A DNA stretch of 64,000 bases from Bdellovibrionota bacterium (GCA_044345405.1 JBIJBE010000002.1:107600-171599), one strand, 5' to 3'; numbered from the stretch's first letter, positions 1-10,726 are shown. Program-made: numbers and translations. The notes: generated from the sequence alone by a model not told the origin.

Positions 1-2
1 TT

Positions 3-584
3 GCACACGCCAGCGATAGCGTTGCACGAGCCGTTCACGTTCGACGAGCGGTCAGCTGCGGCGACAACGCCCGCGGCATCGCTGTACCGGAACACCACCT
101 GCCCATTCGCCTCAAGTTCAGCGAGGGTAGCCGGATCCGCGTAGTAGTTCCCCTGAAAATGAGCGATCGGGCAGGTAATCACCTTCCCCGCTTCCATCCC
201 ACTCGTAAAGAACCCTACCGACTTTTCGGTTTTGATATGAACGAACCGTGAGAGGAACCGCTGCCCAACGTTCTCAAGGAGCGCCCCCGGAAGGAGCCCA
301 GACTCGCACAGGATCTGAAACCCGTTACAGATACCAAGTACCTTTCCACCACGACCAGCGAACTCCTTCACCGCCTGCATCACCGGCGAGAGCTTTGCGA
401 GCGCTCCGGTGCGAAGGTAATCCCCGTACGAAAACCCACCGGGCAGCACCACGAGGTCAGCCTTCTGCAGATCGGTATCCCGATGCCACACCGGAAACGC
501 CTCGGCGTTAAGAAGCTTACCGAAGACGTGCACCACGTCCTGGTCACAATTCGTACCTGGGAAGACGACGACAGCGACTCGCAC
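3..584 (-). CDS. purQ: Phosphoribosylformylglycinamidine synthase subunit PurQ (partial, runs off window start)
   Basis: Own translation from GTG at 584: MRVAVVVFPGTNCDQD...LPGGFSYGDYLRTGA...GICNGFQIL; start overlaps purS stop. Confidence 0.95.
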   Translation of the reverse strand, partial: MRVAVVVFPGTNCDQDVVHVFGKLLNAEAFPVWHRDTDLQKADLVVLPGGFSYGDYLRTGALAKLSPVMQAVKEFAGRGGKVLGICNGFQILCESGLLPGALLENVGQRFLSRFVHIKTEKSVGFFTSGMEAGKVITCPIAHFQGNYYADPATLAELEANGQVVFRYSDAAGVVAAADRSSNVNGSCNAIAGVC

Positions 585-823
585 TAGGCCTCCTTGATTT
601 CGTACTGCTCGATAACTGGGTTAGCGAGGAGGAGCTTACATACCTCTTCAACTTGGGCGCGAGCCTCAGTCGCTGAAACCCCATCAACATCGAGCTCGAT
701 CACACGACCGACCCGAATGTTTTTGAAGGCGTTAAATTTCTTGTCTTTGAGTCCGGTCTCTATCGCCTTCCCCTGAACATCGAGAACGCCACCTTTGAGT
801 CGAACGAGCACCTGAAATCGCAT
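584..823 (-). CDS. purS: FGAM synthase subunit PurS
   Basis: 79 aa, LKGGVLDVQG...LLANPVIEQY motifs; between purB and purQ. Confidence 0.95.
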   Translation of the reverse strand: MRFQVLVRLKGGVLDVQGKAIETGLKDKKFNAFKNIRVGRVIELDVDGVSATEARAQVEEVCKLLLANPVIEQYEIKEA

Positions 824-844
824 AGCACCATCTCCCTTCGTATC

Positions 845-2137
845 TTACACCAACGCCCTGTCGACGATCCTATCAACTTCCTTCAGATGTCGCGCCAAAC
901 TGAACACCTCGCCGATCTCTCCCTTGGTCATTACCTTGGACACAGCCGGATCCGCGATAACCCGCTCCTGAAGTGGAGCGCCACCATCAAAGGCCGCAAG
1001 CGCGTGTTGCTGCACGAGCTTGTAGGCGTCCTCTCGGCTCATCCCCTTATCAACGAGCGCAAGCAACAGATGCCCAGAGAACACCGTGCCCCGTGTGAGC
1101 TCAAGGTTCTCCATCATCTTCTCAGGGAACACCACGAGGTTCTTTACAACACCCGTGAATCGCCGAAGCATGAAATCAAGCGCGATCGTCGCGTCTGGAA
1201 CAGCAACACGCTCTACCGACGAGTGGCTAATATCACGCTCATGCCACAGAGCTACGTTCTCAAAGCACGCCTGCGCGTAGGAACGAACGAGACGCGCGAG
1301 ACCACACAGGTTCTCGGTCAAAATCGGATTACGCTTATGCGGCATCGCGGACGACCCCTTCTGTCCCGGAGTGAACCCCTCCATCGCCTCACGCACCTCG
1401 GTGCGTTGCAGGTGTCGAATCTCAACCGAGAAGCGCTCAATAGAGCCAGCGATACCAGCGAGGCACGCCATGTAGTTCGCGTGACGATCGCGAGAGACAA
1501 CTTGGGTTGCAACCGTCTCACCGGCAAGCTCAAGCTTCTCCATCACGAGCGCCTCAACACTCGGGTCGATCCCAGCGTAGGTACCGACCGCTCCAGAGAG
1601 CTTTCCAACCGAGATATCCTCGATTGCGAGATCAAGTCGCTTGAGGTGACGCTTCATCTCAGCGTACCACCCGGCGAGCTTAATGCCGAAGGTGGTCGGC
1701 TCAGCGTGAATACCGTGCGAGCGACCGATCGTTGGAACGTGCGCAAACTCACGGGCTCGCTCCTTGAGCGTTCCCATCAATCCCTCTACATCCTTTTTGA
1801 TGAGCAGACCTGCTCGTCGCATCTGCACCGCAAGGCAGGTATCAACGACATCACTCGAGGTCATTCCCCGATGCACGTATCGTGAGAGCGGCCCAACGTA
1901 CTCAGCCACGTTCGTCAGGAACGCGATCACGTCGTGCTTAACCTCCTTCTCGATCTCGAGCACTCGCTCGGATGAGAACTTCGCTTTCTCGTTGTATGCC
2001 TGAAGCGCCTCAGCCGGAGCCTTGCCGACCTTTACGAGACCTTCTAACGCGTAACGCTCGATATCGAGCCAGATCTGATAGCGGGCATCATCTGTCCAAA
2101 GCGCCGCCATCTCGGGGTGGGTGTAACGTTCAATCAT
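845..2137 (-). CDS. purB: Adenylosuccinate lyase
   Basis: MIERY start, GMTSSD, RSHGIHAEPTTFG, GSSAMPHKRNP signature. Confidence 0.97.
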   Translation of the reverse strand: MIERYTHPEMAALWTDDARYQIWLDIERYALEGLVKVGKAPAEALQAYNEKAKFSSERVLEIEKEVKHDVIAFLTNVAEYVGPLSRYVHRGMTSSDVVDTCLAVQMRRAGLLIKKDVEGLMGTLKERAREFAHVPTIGRSHGIHAEPTTFGIKLAGWYAEMKRHLKRLDLAIEDISVGKLSGAVGTYAGIDPSVEALVMEKLELAGETVATQVVSRDRHANYMACLAGIAGSIERFSVEIRHLQRTEVREAMEGFTPGQKGSSAMPHKRNPILTENLCGLARLVRSYAQACFENVALWHERDISHSSVERVAVPDATIALDFMLRRFTGVVKNLVVFPEKMMENLELTRGTVFSGHLLLALVDKGMSREDAYKLVQQHALAAFDGGAPLQERVIADPAVSKVMTKGEIGEVFSLARHLKEVDRIVDRALV

Positions 2138-2940
2138 GCTGCGATAATTACCCTGCCTTGGTGTGGTTCATCAAGGCAAAGGCTCGGTAAACTCTCGTAA
2201 ACATTTCCGCACAGAAGGGTTCTTAAGCCCTGGCTCCGGTCGGTACACCGTTCCAGATAGCGGCGCATGCACTCAAGCGCGAGGGTCGGGGTGTTACTGT
2301 TCTCACTTAAGTGCCCCAAAACGATGTGGAAGAGCTCGGGATGCATAATATCCTCGATGAGCTGTCCGGCGGCCTCGTTGCACAGATGCCCGTGGGTCGA
2401 GGAGATCCGCTGCTTGAGCTCCCAGGTGTAGCTACACCCTTGAAGCATCTCCTGGTCGTGATTCGATTCGATGATAATCGCGTTTGAACCGCGAACGTGC
2501 TCCTGAACGAGGGTCGTAACACGCCCGAGATCGGTAACAACCGAGAGCTTCAGCCCCTCGGCTCGCAGCCCGAACCCAACGGGATCGACAGCGTCATGCG
2601 CGATGCTAAAGGGGGTGATATCAACTCCACCAATAGAGAAATCCTCTCCGGTTGTGAACACCTCCCGCCGCTTCGGCTTGGAGATGTACTCCATCGTGCC
2701 CTCATTCGCGTACACCGTCATACCGTACCGACGGCTCAAAGTGGGCACCCCATGAATGTGGTCGGAGTGTTCGTGCGTTACCAAGATCGAAGTGATCGTG
2801 GCAGGGTCGATACCGTGCTCGACAAGGCGCTCCTCGACTTTCTTTCCGGAGAGACCGCAGTCGATAAGGATCCGCTGTCCCGCCGCTTCGACGAAGGTAC
2901 TGTTTGCTTTGCTGCCTGAGGAGAGAGAGATGAACCGCAC
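2134..2940 (-). CDS. MBL-fold metallo-hydrolase (YycJ/WalJ-like)
   Basis: SGSKAN, THEHSDH, HDAVDP, ESNHD, GHLSENSN motifs. Confidence 0.9.
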   Translation of the reverse strand: MRFISLSSGSKANSTFVEAAGQRILIDCGLSGKKVEERLVEHGIDPATITSILVTHEHSDHIHGVPTLSRRYGMTVYANEGTMEYISKPKRREVFTTGEDFSIGGVDITPFSIAHDAVDPVGFGLRAEGLKLSVVTDLGRVTTLVQEHVRGSNAIIIESNHDQEMLQGCSYTWELKQRISSTHGHLCNEAAGQLIEDIMHPELFHIVLGHLSENSNTPTLALECMRRYLERCTDRSQGLRTLLCGNVYESLPSLCLDEPHQGRVIIAA

Positions 2941-2983
2941 CCCTGGACTAAACCAAATTCAACTCAGGTAAACAAGGTTGTAG

Positions 2984-4117
2984 TTACCAAAAACGCTCCG
3001 ATAGACTTAAGATAATCTCACCCATAATCAGAACGATAATAACCCATTCAAGGGTCTCCGAACGCCGCTGGGCTGATTGATCCGAGAGCTTCTGGTAGAT
3101 GCTGTCAAGCGTGTCGAGCTTACGACGGATGCTCGAGTGCCACTCAGGAAGATGGAATCGGCTTGAGGCGAGCGAATACACCCGGGCTAGATATTGGTCA
3201 CCCAAGAGCTTGAGCGCGTTCTCAACCGCCTCGTACAGGATAGCTGAGTCGACCTGCAGCCGAGCGACCTTGCGAAGGTCCGCCTCGCCCTTTTTACCTT
3301 TCGTCAACACATCATAAGCTCGTTCAAGGTACGCATCGAGCTGTTCATCAAGGAAGCGCATCTCAAGAAGCTCAACGTTACAGAAATCGAGCACCGCGAC
3401 GACGTCCTCAACGTTTGAGCCGAAGAAGAGCGAGCTGTTCCAGTCCATCACGGCGATATCAGAGTTACCGTATGAGGTCCGGATGCCGAGTGCGTCACGG
3501 ACCTCCTCGTCTCCAAGGTCTCCGCTCTCCGCGCGAAGAAGGCGCGCGAACTCAACCGGGAACGCGTCGAGGATGTCCTTCGCCTTAAGATCTCCCTCGA
3601 ATTCCTCGAAATGGAACACCGCGAAATCCTCGAACGTATCGCCGAGGCCCGGTCTCTGAATCGCATCCCTCGCCTGATCGACGAATTGCCGCACACGCTC
3701 GCGAGCGTCGGCCAGGAGAGCGGCGTTGTCGCAGAGAACCTCGCTCAATTCGATCAGGTGGCTGACCGGGCCGGATATATCGACAGCATAGGTAACAGAG
3801 CACGCTCCGAAATCGAACACCGTGAGTTCAGCCTGGGGCTTGGTGAAGAACTTGGCGACGTTCAACTGCTGACACCCCTGGGAGATTCGTAGAGGGGGCG
3901 GATCGTAATCGAAATACTTAGGGGACCGACGATTACGTCGGAACCGGGTTCTCTCGACCCCACCCTCTTTAATGCTCTCCGCGGCCTTATCAAGGTTGAC
4001 GGACATTCCCAATTCGAACGCGAACATGACGTAGCACGTGCCCCGCTTTAGGTGAGGCACAAGCGGTCGAATGACCGTGCGAATCGGGGGCACGTCACGA
4101 GATTCTTTGGTACTCAC
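2984..4117 (-). CDS. Hypothetical protein, RMD1/DUF155-like with C-terminal TM helix
   Basis: 377 aa; C-terminal LEWVIIVLIMGEI typical of RMD1-like proteins. Confidence 0.65.
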   Translation of the reverse strand: MSTKESRDVPPIRTVIRPLVPHLKRGTCYVMFAFELGMSVNLDKAAESIKEGGVERTRFRRNRRSPKYFDYDPPPLRISQGCQQLNVAKFFTKPQAELTVFDFGACSVTYAVDISGPVSHLIELSEVLCDNAALLADARERVRQFVDQARDAIQRPGLGDTFEDFAVFHFEEFEGDLKAKDILDAFPVEFARLLRAESGDLGDEEVRDALGIRTSYGNSDIAVMDWNSSLFFGSNVEDVVAVLDFCNVELLEMRFLDEQLDAYLERAYDVLTKGKKGEADLRKVARLQVDSAILYEAVENALKLLGDQYLARVYSLASSRFHLPEWHSSIRRKLDTLDSIYQKLSDQSAQRRSETLEWVIIVLIMGEIILSLSERFW

Positions 4118-4309
4118 AAAACTCTCCTAGTTTTCCGTATGATTTCGGCTCATTTGATAGCTTTTTACAACGCCGAACAGTCCCCCAAGTATACCCAAAA
4201 ACACCCCCTCAAGCGAACCTGAAACTAGCTAAGTGAGGGTTATCTTTTACATTGATTCTAAGTATTTAGCCGATTGACGGCCGATACGGTGTTCTCTAAT
4301 CTGCTAACT

Positions 4310-5914
4310 ATGCAGATAGGCTCTCGACCCCCTGTAACCCCCTCCTTTGAGGCCAACACCAAGGCCTTCGAAGAGCATCTTCAACGGTTGATCACTGAGC
4401 GAACAAGCTCCCGCCCACTTCCGACCGATCCGGCCTATAAGAAACACTGCGACCGTGGAAAGCTCTTCGTGCGTCAACGGATCGAAGCGCTCATTGATCC
4501 GGGCACAACCTTCCTCGAGGTAGCTCAGCTCGCCGGCGCCGGCCTCTACGATGGCGTGCGACCGGGCTCAGGGATGATTACCGGTATTGGCATCGTTGAA
4601 GGCACACCCTGCATGATCATCGCCAACGACGCCACGGTGAAGGGGGGCACCTACTTCCCGATGACGGTTAAGAAACACCTCAGGGCGCAAGAGATAGCGC
4701 TCGAGAACAAACTCCCCTGTATCTACCTCGTCGACTCCGGAGGGGCCTTCCTTCCCCTCCAGGACCAGGTATTCCCCGACCGAGAGCACTTTGGCCGCCT
4801 CTTCTTCAATCAGGCACAGATGAGCGCTCGAGGGATTCCACAGATTGCGGTGGTCATGGGTTCCTGCACCGCCGGAGGTGCCTACGTCCCCGCGATGAGC
4901 GATGAAGCGATCATCGTTCGCAACCAAGGGATGATCTTCCTCGGAGGCCCACCCCTTGTGAAGGCCGCGACCGGACAGGAGGTCACCGCCGAGGAACTTG
5001 GCGGAGGAGATGTCCACTCCCGCATCAGCGGCGTTACCGATCACCTCGCTGAGTCTGACGCTGAGGCGCTCCTCATGGCGAGAAAGAGTGTCGCGACCCT
5101 TGCGAACATCACGCCGAAGCGACTTACGAGATCCACACCACTCCCTCCGCGCTTCGACGCCAACGAGATCCCCGGCCTCATACCGGCAGATCCGAAGCAG
5201 TACTTCCCAATCCGCGAGATCATCGCCCGCATCATCGATGATAGCGAGCTCGATGAGTTCAAGGCGAACTACGGCGAGACGATCATCTGCGGCTTCGCTC
5301 GGATCGATGGGTACACCGTTGGCGTTATCGCGAACGACGGGATCCTCTTCTCAGAGAGCGCACTCAAAGCGGCCCACTTCATCCAGCTGTGCGAGCAGCG
5401 CCGCGTTCCCCTCGTATTCTTCCAGAACATCGTCGGCTTCATGGTCGGGAAGGAGTACGAGCACAAAGGGATCGCAAAAGACGGAGCAAAGCTCGTCACC
5501 GCGGTCGCCTGCGCATCCGTTCCAAAGTACACCGTAATAGTCGGCAACTCGTACGGCGCCGGCAACTACGCCATGTGCGGACGGGCATACCAACCACGTT
5601 TCCTCTGGAGCTGGCCACAATCGCGCATCGGCGTTATGGGGCCAGACCAAGCGGCAGGCGTTCTTACACAGGTAAAACGTGACAGCGCAGCAGGTCGTGG
5701 AGAGACCGTCGATGAAGCGGCGCTCGCGGCCTATCACGAAAAGATAAAGGCGAACTACCAAGAGCAAACGACTGCGCTCTTTGCGACCGCTCGCCTCTGG
5801 GATGACGGTATCATCACACCGAACGAGACACGCAGTGCCCTTTCGCTCGCGCTTTCCCTTGCGGATCTCGACACCCCGCAAGAGCACCGCGTATTCGGCA
5901 CCTTTAGGATGTAG
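4310..5914 (+). CDS. liuB: Methylcrotonyl-CoA carboxylase-type carboxyltransferase (beta) subunit
   Basis: [41 protein letters not shown]-terminal FGTFRM; start may be TTG 4274. Confidence 0.9.
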   Translation: MQIGSRPPVTPSFEANTKAFEEHLQRLITERTSSRPLPTDPAYKKHCDRGKLFVRQRIEALIDPGTTFLEVAQLAGAGLYDGVRPGSGMITGIGIVEGTPCMIIANDATVKGGTYFPMTVKKHLRAQEIALENKLPCIYLVDSGGAFLPLQDQVFPDREHFGRLFFNQAQMSARGIPQIAVVMGSCTAGGAYVPAMSDEAIIVRNQGMIFLGGPPLVKAATGQEVTAEELGGGDVHSRISGVTDHLAESDAEALLMARKSVATLANITPKRLTRSTPLPPRFDANEIPGLIPADPKQYFPIREIIARIIDDSELDEFKANYGETIICGFARIDGYTVGVIANDGILFSESALKAAHFIQLCEQRRVPLVFFQNIVGFMVGKEYEHKGIAKDGAKLVTAVACASVPKYTVIVGNSYGAGNYAMCGRAYQPRFLWSWPQSRIGVMGPDQAAGVLTQVKRDSAAGRGETVDEAALAAYHEKIKANYQEQTTALFATARLWDDGIITPNETRSALSLALSLADLDTPQEHRVFGTFRM

Positions 5915-5924
5915 GTAACGCCTC

Positions 5925-7943
5925 ATGGCTGATACGCGGGCAATCACTAGGGTCCTGATCGCAAATCGCGGCGAGATCGCGCGAAGGATCGTTCGCACCT
6001 GCACTCGTCTTGGAATCGAGACCGTCGCGGTGTACACCGATGTCGACGCTCATGCGCCGCATGTTCGTGAAGCGACCTTTTCTGAAGCTCTCGGCACACC
6101 AGAGTCATACCTCTCGATTGAGAAGATCCTCGAAGCAGCGAAGCGCTCCAAGGCCGATAGCGTCCACCCCGGTTACGGCTTCCTCTCCGAGAACCCCGAC
6201 TTCGCCGCCGCCGTGCGAGACACCGGACTCACCTGGATCGGCCCTACAAGCGAAACAATCCGGAAGCTCGGAAGCAAGACCGCGGCGAAAGAGTTGGCTC
6301 GCCAGGCAAACGCCCCAACATCTCCAACACTCATTCTCCCCCCTGGCTCCACCGCCGACCGCGCGAGCGCCATAGCGAAATTCGGCGAGTCCGTTGGGTT
6401 CCCACTAATCTTAAAAGCGGCAGCGGGAGGTGGAGGTCGCGGCATGCGCTTCATCAATCCCGAGAGCGACATCGCCATGGAGCTCGACAGCGCGCAGCGA
6501 GAATCGCTCAAAGCGTTCGGAAGCGATGAGGTCTTCGTTGAGAAGTGCATCACCCCCGCTCGGCACATCGAGGTGCAGATCGTAGGTGACACACACGGGA
6601 ACGTGGTGGCACTGGGGACTCGCGATTGCTCGCTGCAACGAAGTAATCAAAAGATCATCGAGGAGGCACCGGCCGTACATCTCGCACCGGGAAGCGAAGC
6701 GAAACTCCTTGAGGCGGCGACGAACCTCGCTCGCGCGGCCGGATACACAAGCCTCGGCACCGTTGAGTTCCTCTACGGGCAAGATGGGTCACCCTATTTT
6801 CTTGAGGTAAACACACGACTTCAGGTTGAGCATCCCGTCACAGAACTCGTCACTGGGCTCGACCTCGTGGAGCTTCAGCTCCGCATCGCAGCCGGCGAGA
6901 CCCTCGCGGCGTGCGGCGTCACCCACACACCGGAACCACAGGGGCACGCCATCGAGGCGCGATGGTGCGCTGAGGAGTTCACCGACCGATTCACCACAGC
7001 GACCGGCATCGTGCTCGATATCGAGGTACCGCAGCCAGCGGCCCGCGGCACGATGGTGCGTGTCGATAGGGGCGTTGAGCCGTGCTCGGAGGTTACCCAC
7101 TACTACGATTCACTCATCGGGAAAGTTATTGTCTACGCCCCCTCACGAGATCGCGCGATTGAGGCGCTCGATGACGTGCTCTCACGTTCCCGACTCAGTG
7201 GCGTTCGAAACAATCGCAACCTCCTCTTGCATCTCCTTCGAACGCCAGAGTTTAAGGCGCTTCAGCACACCGTACAGGGAACGAAGCTCCTGCTCCCTTC
7301 AAGTGAGCAAAACTCAGCGATCGTTCGTGAGGCGCACGTTATCGCGGCGGCGGTTCGATGCGCGACACCAAACTCCGCGTGGGCGTCGCAGGGACCATGG
7401 TCCTCGACGACAGCGCCCGATGCACACATCTCCTATCCATGGACAACGAGCGAGCACGGGAACGCTCTCTCAAGCACAACGAGACAAGACGGAAATTCAT
7501 TCGTCGTGTCGGTAGACGGGCATTCCGAAACCATTACTTTCACGGAAGGGCCATTCCTGAACGGACTCGGCACCACAGCGACCCTTTCTCTCAACGGAGG
7601 AGCACCAAGCTCCGTATCGCTCTACCGCGACGGAAATGACCTCTGGGTTCATTCGAACCGAGGAACGGTCGTGCTCCACCAACCAGCGATCGGCGAACGC
7701 TCAGGCGGTGCCGGTAGTAGCTCAGCAAACGAGATCCGCTCAACGATCCCCGGTAAGGTCGCCGCGGTTCTCGTCAAAGAGGGAGATACCGTCGAGCAAG
7801 GAGCTACCCTGCTCGTGCTTGACTCTATGAAGATGGAGCATCCGATTCGCGCGACGATGAATGGAAAGGTGGCAAGCTTGCCGCTGCAGGTCGGCACGAT
7901 CGTACACGCGGGAGCCCTGCTCGTGTCGCTAGAACCACATTAA
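5925..7943 (+). CDS. liuD: Acyl-CoA carboxylase alpha subunit (biotin carboxylase + biotin carrier)
   Basis: LIANRGEIA, HPGYGFLSEN, EVNTRLQVEHPVTE, biotinylation motif SMKME. Confidence 0.88.
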   Translation: MADTRAITRVLIANRGEIARRIVRTCTRLGIETVAVYTDVDAHAPHVREATFSEALGTPESYLSIEKILEAAKRSKADSVHPGYGFLSENPDFAAAVRDTGLTWIGPTSETIRKLGSKTAAKELARQANAPTSPTLILPPGSTADRASAIAKFGESVGFPLILKAAAGGGGRGMRFINPESDIAMELDSAQRESLKAFGSDEVFVEKCITPARHIEVQIVGDTHGNVVALGTRDCSLQRSNQKIIEEAPAVHLAPGSEAKLLEAATNLARAAGYTSLGTVEFLYGQDGSPYFLEVNTRLQVEHPVTELVTGLDLVELQLRIAAGETLAACGVTHTPEPQGHAIEARWCAEEFTDRFTTATGIVLDIEVPQPAARGTMVRVDRGVEPCSEVTHYYDSLIGKVIVYAPSRDRAIEALDDVLSRSRLSGVRNNRNLLLHLLRTPEFKALQHTVQGTKLLLPSSEQNSAIVREAHVIAAAVRCATPNSAWASQGPWSSTTAPDAHISYPWTTSEHGNALSSTTRQDGNSFVVSVDGHSETITFTEGPFLNGLGTTATLSLNGGAPSSVSLYRDGNDLWVHSNRGTVVLHQPAIGERSGGAGSSSANEIRSTIPGKVAAVLVKEGDTVEQGATLLVLDSMKMEHPIRATMNGKVASLPLQVGTIVHAGALLVSLEPH

Positions 7944-7964
7944 ACAACCTATGAATTGATAATT

Positions 7965-8610
7965 ATGAAGCTCGGAACAATCAGCATTGTACTCGTGCTC
8001 CCGGCTCTACTTGGTGCGCTTGCGTGGCATTCTTATGTTCTATTTCTCTATCGGGTTGCCTATCGGTTGGCTTGGGTTGAAGAGAATCTTATCCTCTCGG
8101 GAATCCTCGGTTGTACCTATCTCTTCCTAGGCCTCTGCGCCCTTGCACTCACGAGCTATTACGCGGTCCGCACAGCATCTAAGTGGCTAATCGTGAAGAT
8201 GGGGCTGTCAGCACTACTCACACTATGCTCGGTCGCATCGTTTTTTGTAGGCGCGTACCTTGGCGAGCTCTGGGCCGTTACTGGCGCCAAATCATATTTG
8301 GACGGCGTTGTTCGCTCCGCTAATGACTATCTGCAAAAAAAATGGGGAATATCCCGAGTCCTTAGATAAGCTCGACCTCCCTGCGATGCCGCGCTTAATA
8401 ATGGAATCAGCAGACAGCAACAAAAAGCAAGAGCACAAGTCTTTCACTGTGCCGTACCAACGAATTGATGGTCGATCAATCATAGTGGGCTTCGAATACA
8501 GGAAGGGTTTCAGCAACGACGACTGCGCAAGTTATAAATGGACCACAAATAACCCGAGGTGGGTGTGCACATGCCACGGCTGTCTTACCGACAATCCGAA
8601 TCGACGATAA
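7965..8610 (+). pseudogene. Membrane protein split by a frameshift in an A8 run (8335-8342)
   Basis: ORFs 7956..8369 and 8260..8610 join if one A is removed, giving ...ANDYLQKNGEYPESLDKL... Confidence 0.65.
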
Positions 8611-8677
8611 GCTCTCTGGCAATAACCCCATCCCGGGATCTGGATTCAGGTTGCCTCGATAAACCGCGGCAAGGCGA

Positions 8678-9046
8678 TCACTGGTAGATCGTTTCCTTCA
8701 GCCGCTTCAACAACATCAACATAAAGCCAGATGAACAGAGGTGAGGAAAGAAGCTTTGATTGAGCTTTTCAGCGTTGACTGCCACGGCAACAAGCTTAGT
8801 GACGGTCGCCGCATCTGCTGAAAGGATCTTCTCCGGAGACTGAAGAAAGGGCCTCAGCTCCTCAATCCAGCCCATCCAATCAACATCCTCGGAGCACAGA
8901 CCGCTCCCCTTAATGCACTCTTGCAGATCTCTCACCTGCGGAGAGTATTCACCGGTAGTGATATACACTGAATGTGCGTCACGTAATCCGTCAGTCTCAA
9001 GGAGTGGAATAAAATCGAATAATCGCGTCAACGCCGCCTCGTCCAT
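8678..9046 (-). CDS. Hypothetical protein, DUF6508-like
   Basis: Likely ATG at 9046 (MDEAALTRLF); DWMGW...ADAATVTKL...SGFMLMLLKRL pattern. Confidence 0.6.
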   Translation of the reverse strand: MDEAALTRLFDFIPLLETDGLRDAHSVYITTGEYSPQVRDLQECIKGSGLCSEDVDWMGWIEELRPFLQSPEKILSADAATVTKLVAVAVNAEKLNQSFFPHLCSSGFMLMLLKRLKETIYQ

Positions 9047-9140
9047 TTTCTCGGTATACCACACGAGAGCGTGTTCGACTATGACACAGAGAAGCCTTCC
9101 TTGCCCCTGAGCAGACCGCGGGCGACGTGAGAGGTGAAAA

Positions 9141-9321
9141 TCACCGAGCGTCGTTACAGAGGTCAGTAAGGAGCGATACAACGTTAGCGTTAAACTCGCG
9201 TTGATTCCGCAACGCTGGACCGAACACGGCGTTGATGACCGGTTGAAGCATCCGCTTACCGAACACGATAAACGGCCCAATGATCTTACGGTGCGAGGTC
9301 GGAGTCTGGGGCCGAACATCG
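9141..9321 (-). pseudogene. Displaced 3' end (59 codons + stop) of the hypothetical gene at 19303..19716
   Basis: Translates DVRPQTPTSHRKIIGPFIVFGKRMLQPVINAVFGPALRNQREFNANVVSLLTDLCNDAR*; 56/59 aa identical to the intact copy; no start. Confidence 0.9.
9265..9321. repeat. 57-bp exact direct repeat, left copy (att-like)
   Basis: ACGATAAACGGCCCAATGATCTTACGGTGCGAGGTCGGAGTCTGGGGCCGAACATCG identical to 19427..19483. Confidence 0.92.
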
Positions 9322-9574
9322 AAGGACCTCCCGCATCGCCTTTATAAGCGCACAGGAGGGAAGATCATCGAAGCGTAGAGTCGCTGATTCCAACCCCTGC
9401 CCCACAGCGCATACTCGGGATCTGCCGAGGAATTCTCAAAAGACACGCCTGCTGCGGCGGAGTCGATTTTTCGAACACTCCAAGAGGCTGGGAGGCGGTA
9501 CCCGATATACATACAGGAAGAATAAAGAAACCGCCGCCCTACTCATCCCTACCTCAGGGCTCATCCCTGGCGCA

Positions 9575-10576
9575 TCACCGCCGCGCAACGGCCCTCTCGA
9601 TTGGATAGAAGGAGAACGAGTATTCCTTTAAAACTGCAATCACCGCCCAGTCCCTAAGGACGTGCCCGAATGCCTCTTGCAGCGAATCGGTAAGCTCTCC
9701 TATCTGCTCGGGGCTCTCCACTTCACAACGCATGATATAGTCCCAGACACCGACGAGTCGCATCATACTCACAATCGAACGCTGCTGTTGGCACCATCGC
9801 AAGATACTCTTGTGCATCTCAGCAGAGAGTGTATTGCTTGCAATCTGAATTCGGTATACTTGCATGCCAAGGCGAGCCGGCGAGACGAGATACGGAAAAC
9901 CTGTTATAACCCCACTCTTAGTCAAAGCCTGTATTCGATAACCAATAGTAGACGAAGGGAGTCCGGTAGCGGAGCTTATATTTCTTAGCGATTCCGCGCC
10001 GCGACCACCTAATACTCGCAATATAGCGTGGTCGACCTCGTCGATGCTGACGATCCCAGACCCCGGCAGCGCCTCAAATCTTCGGCTATGCTTCACGCCC
10101 TCCGGGGCGAGGTATTTCCTCCCGAACCACCAGTATCCGATCGAGAGGCACGAATCTCTCGTATCGAACATGCCCGGCGCGCGAGCGTCGAGCTCCTCTA
10201 GGCGCCGAGCCACGTCAAGCGTATTCATCGCCTCAATACCGATATGATAGTCATACTTACCGGCCGTGCGATAAAACCATCTGATCCCGGGGGATTCCGT
10301 CACAGCCTGGGTAAGTCTTGCGCTGAGACTCTTTTTATCCTTCGCTGGAGAGAAGAAAACCTCAAGCTCGGTCGCCCCGAGCCGGTAGGTGTCGACAAAG
10401 ACAGCCTGCGAGACAAGCCCCTCCTTGGCCCAACGGCTCATCTTCCCCTGGAGAGCGCTCTCTTTTATCCCTAGAGATTTTGCGAGCGAGCTCAACGGCT
10501 CGTTACCATGGAACTGAAGCGAGTACAGCAGGAACTTGTCTACATCTGAAATTTTTTGAATTTGTTGTCTTTTCAA
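9575..10576 (-). CDS. Tandem (double) Lrp/AsnC-family transcriptional regulator
   Basis: Two HTH+RAM repeats (LSSLAKSLGI...AGKYDY; LRNISSATGLPSSTIGYRI...VGVWDY). Confidence 0.85.
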   Translation of the reverse strand: MKRQQIQKISDVDKFLLYSLQFHGNEPLSSLAKSLGIKESALQGKMSRWAKEGLVSQAVFVDTYRLGATELEVFFSPAKDKKSLSARLTQAVTESPGIRWFYRTAGKYDYHIGIEAMNTLDVARRLEELDARAPGMFDTRDSCLSIGYWWFGRKYLAPEGVKHSRRFEALPGSGIVSIDEVDHAILRVLGGRGAESLRNISSATGLPSSTIGYRIQALTKSGVITGFPYLVSPARLGMQVYRIQIASNTLSAEMHKSILRWCQQQRSIVSMMRLVGVWDYIMRCEVESPEQIGELTDSLQEAFGHVLRDWAVIAVLKEYSFSFYPIERAVARR

Positions 10577-10691
10577 TCGACTCTCTACTTACAAAAGACG
10601 TCAATAACTAGCGCTCTAAACTAAAAACCGAAGCCCGACAAGAATAAAGGATGCCAGAGGATTTGTTATAAAACCGATACGAGAGAGAAGA

Positions 10692-10721
10692 AGGGAAGTG
10701 AACCCCATGGCTCACTTCCCT
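10692..10721 (-). terminator. Hairpin terminator downstream of csrA
   Basis: AGGGAAGTGA/TCACTTCCCT inverted repeat followed by pyrimidine run on minus strand. Confidence 0.55.
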
Positions 10722-10726
10722 GCTGG

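Noticed and set aside
887-1885. 332-aa + strand ORF
   Set aside because: Antisense shadow of purB.
9047-9319. N-terminal 91 aa of the 213-aa ORF 8678..9319
   Set aside because: An off-frame reading of the displaced gene end; the real start is probably ATG 9046.
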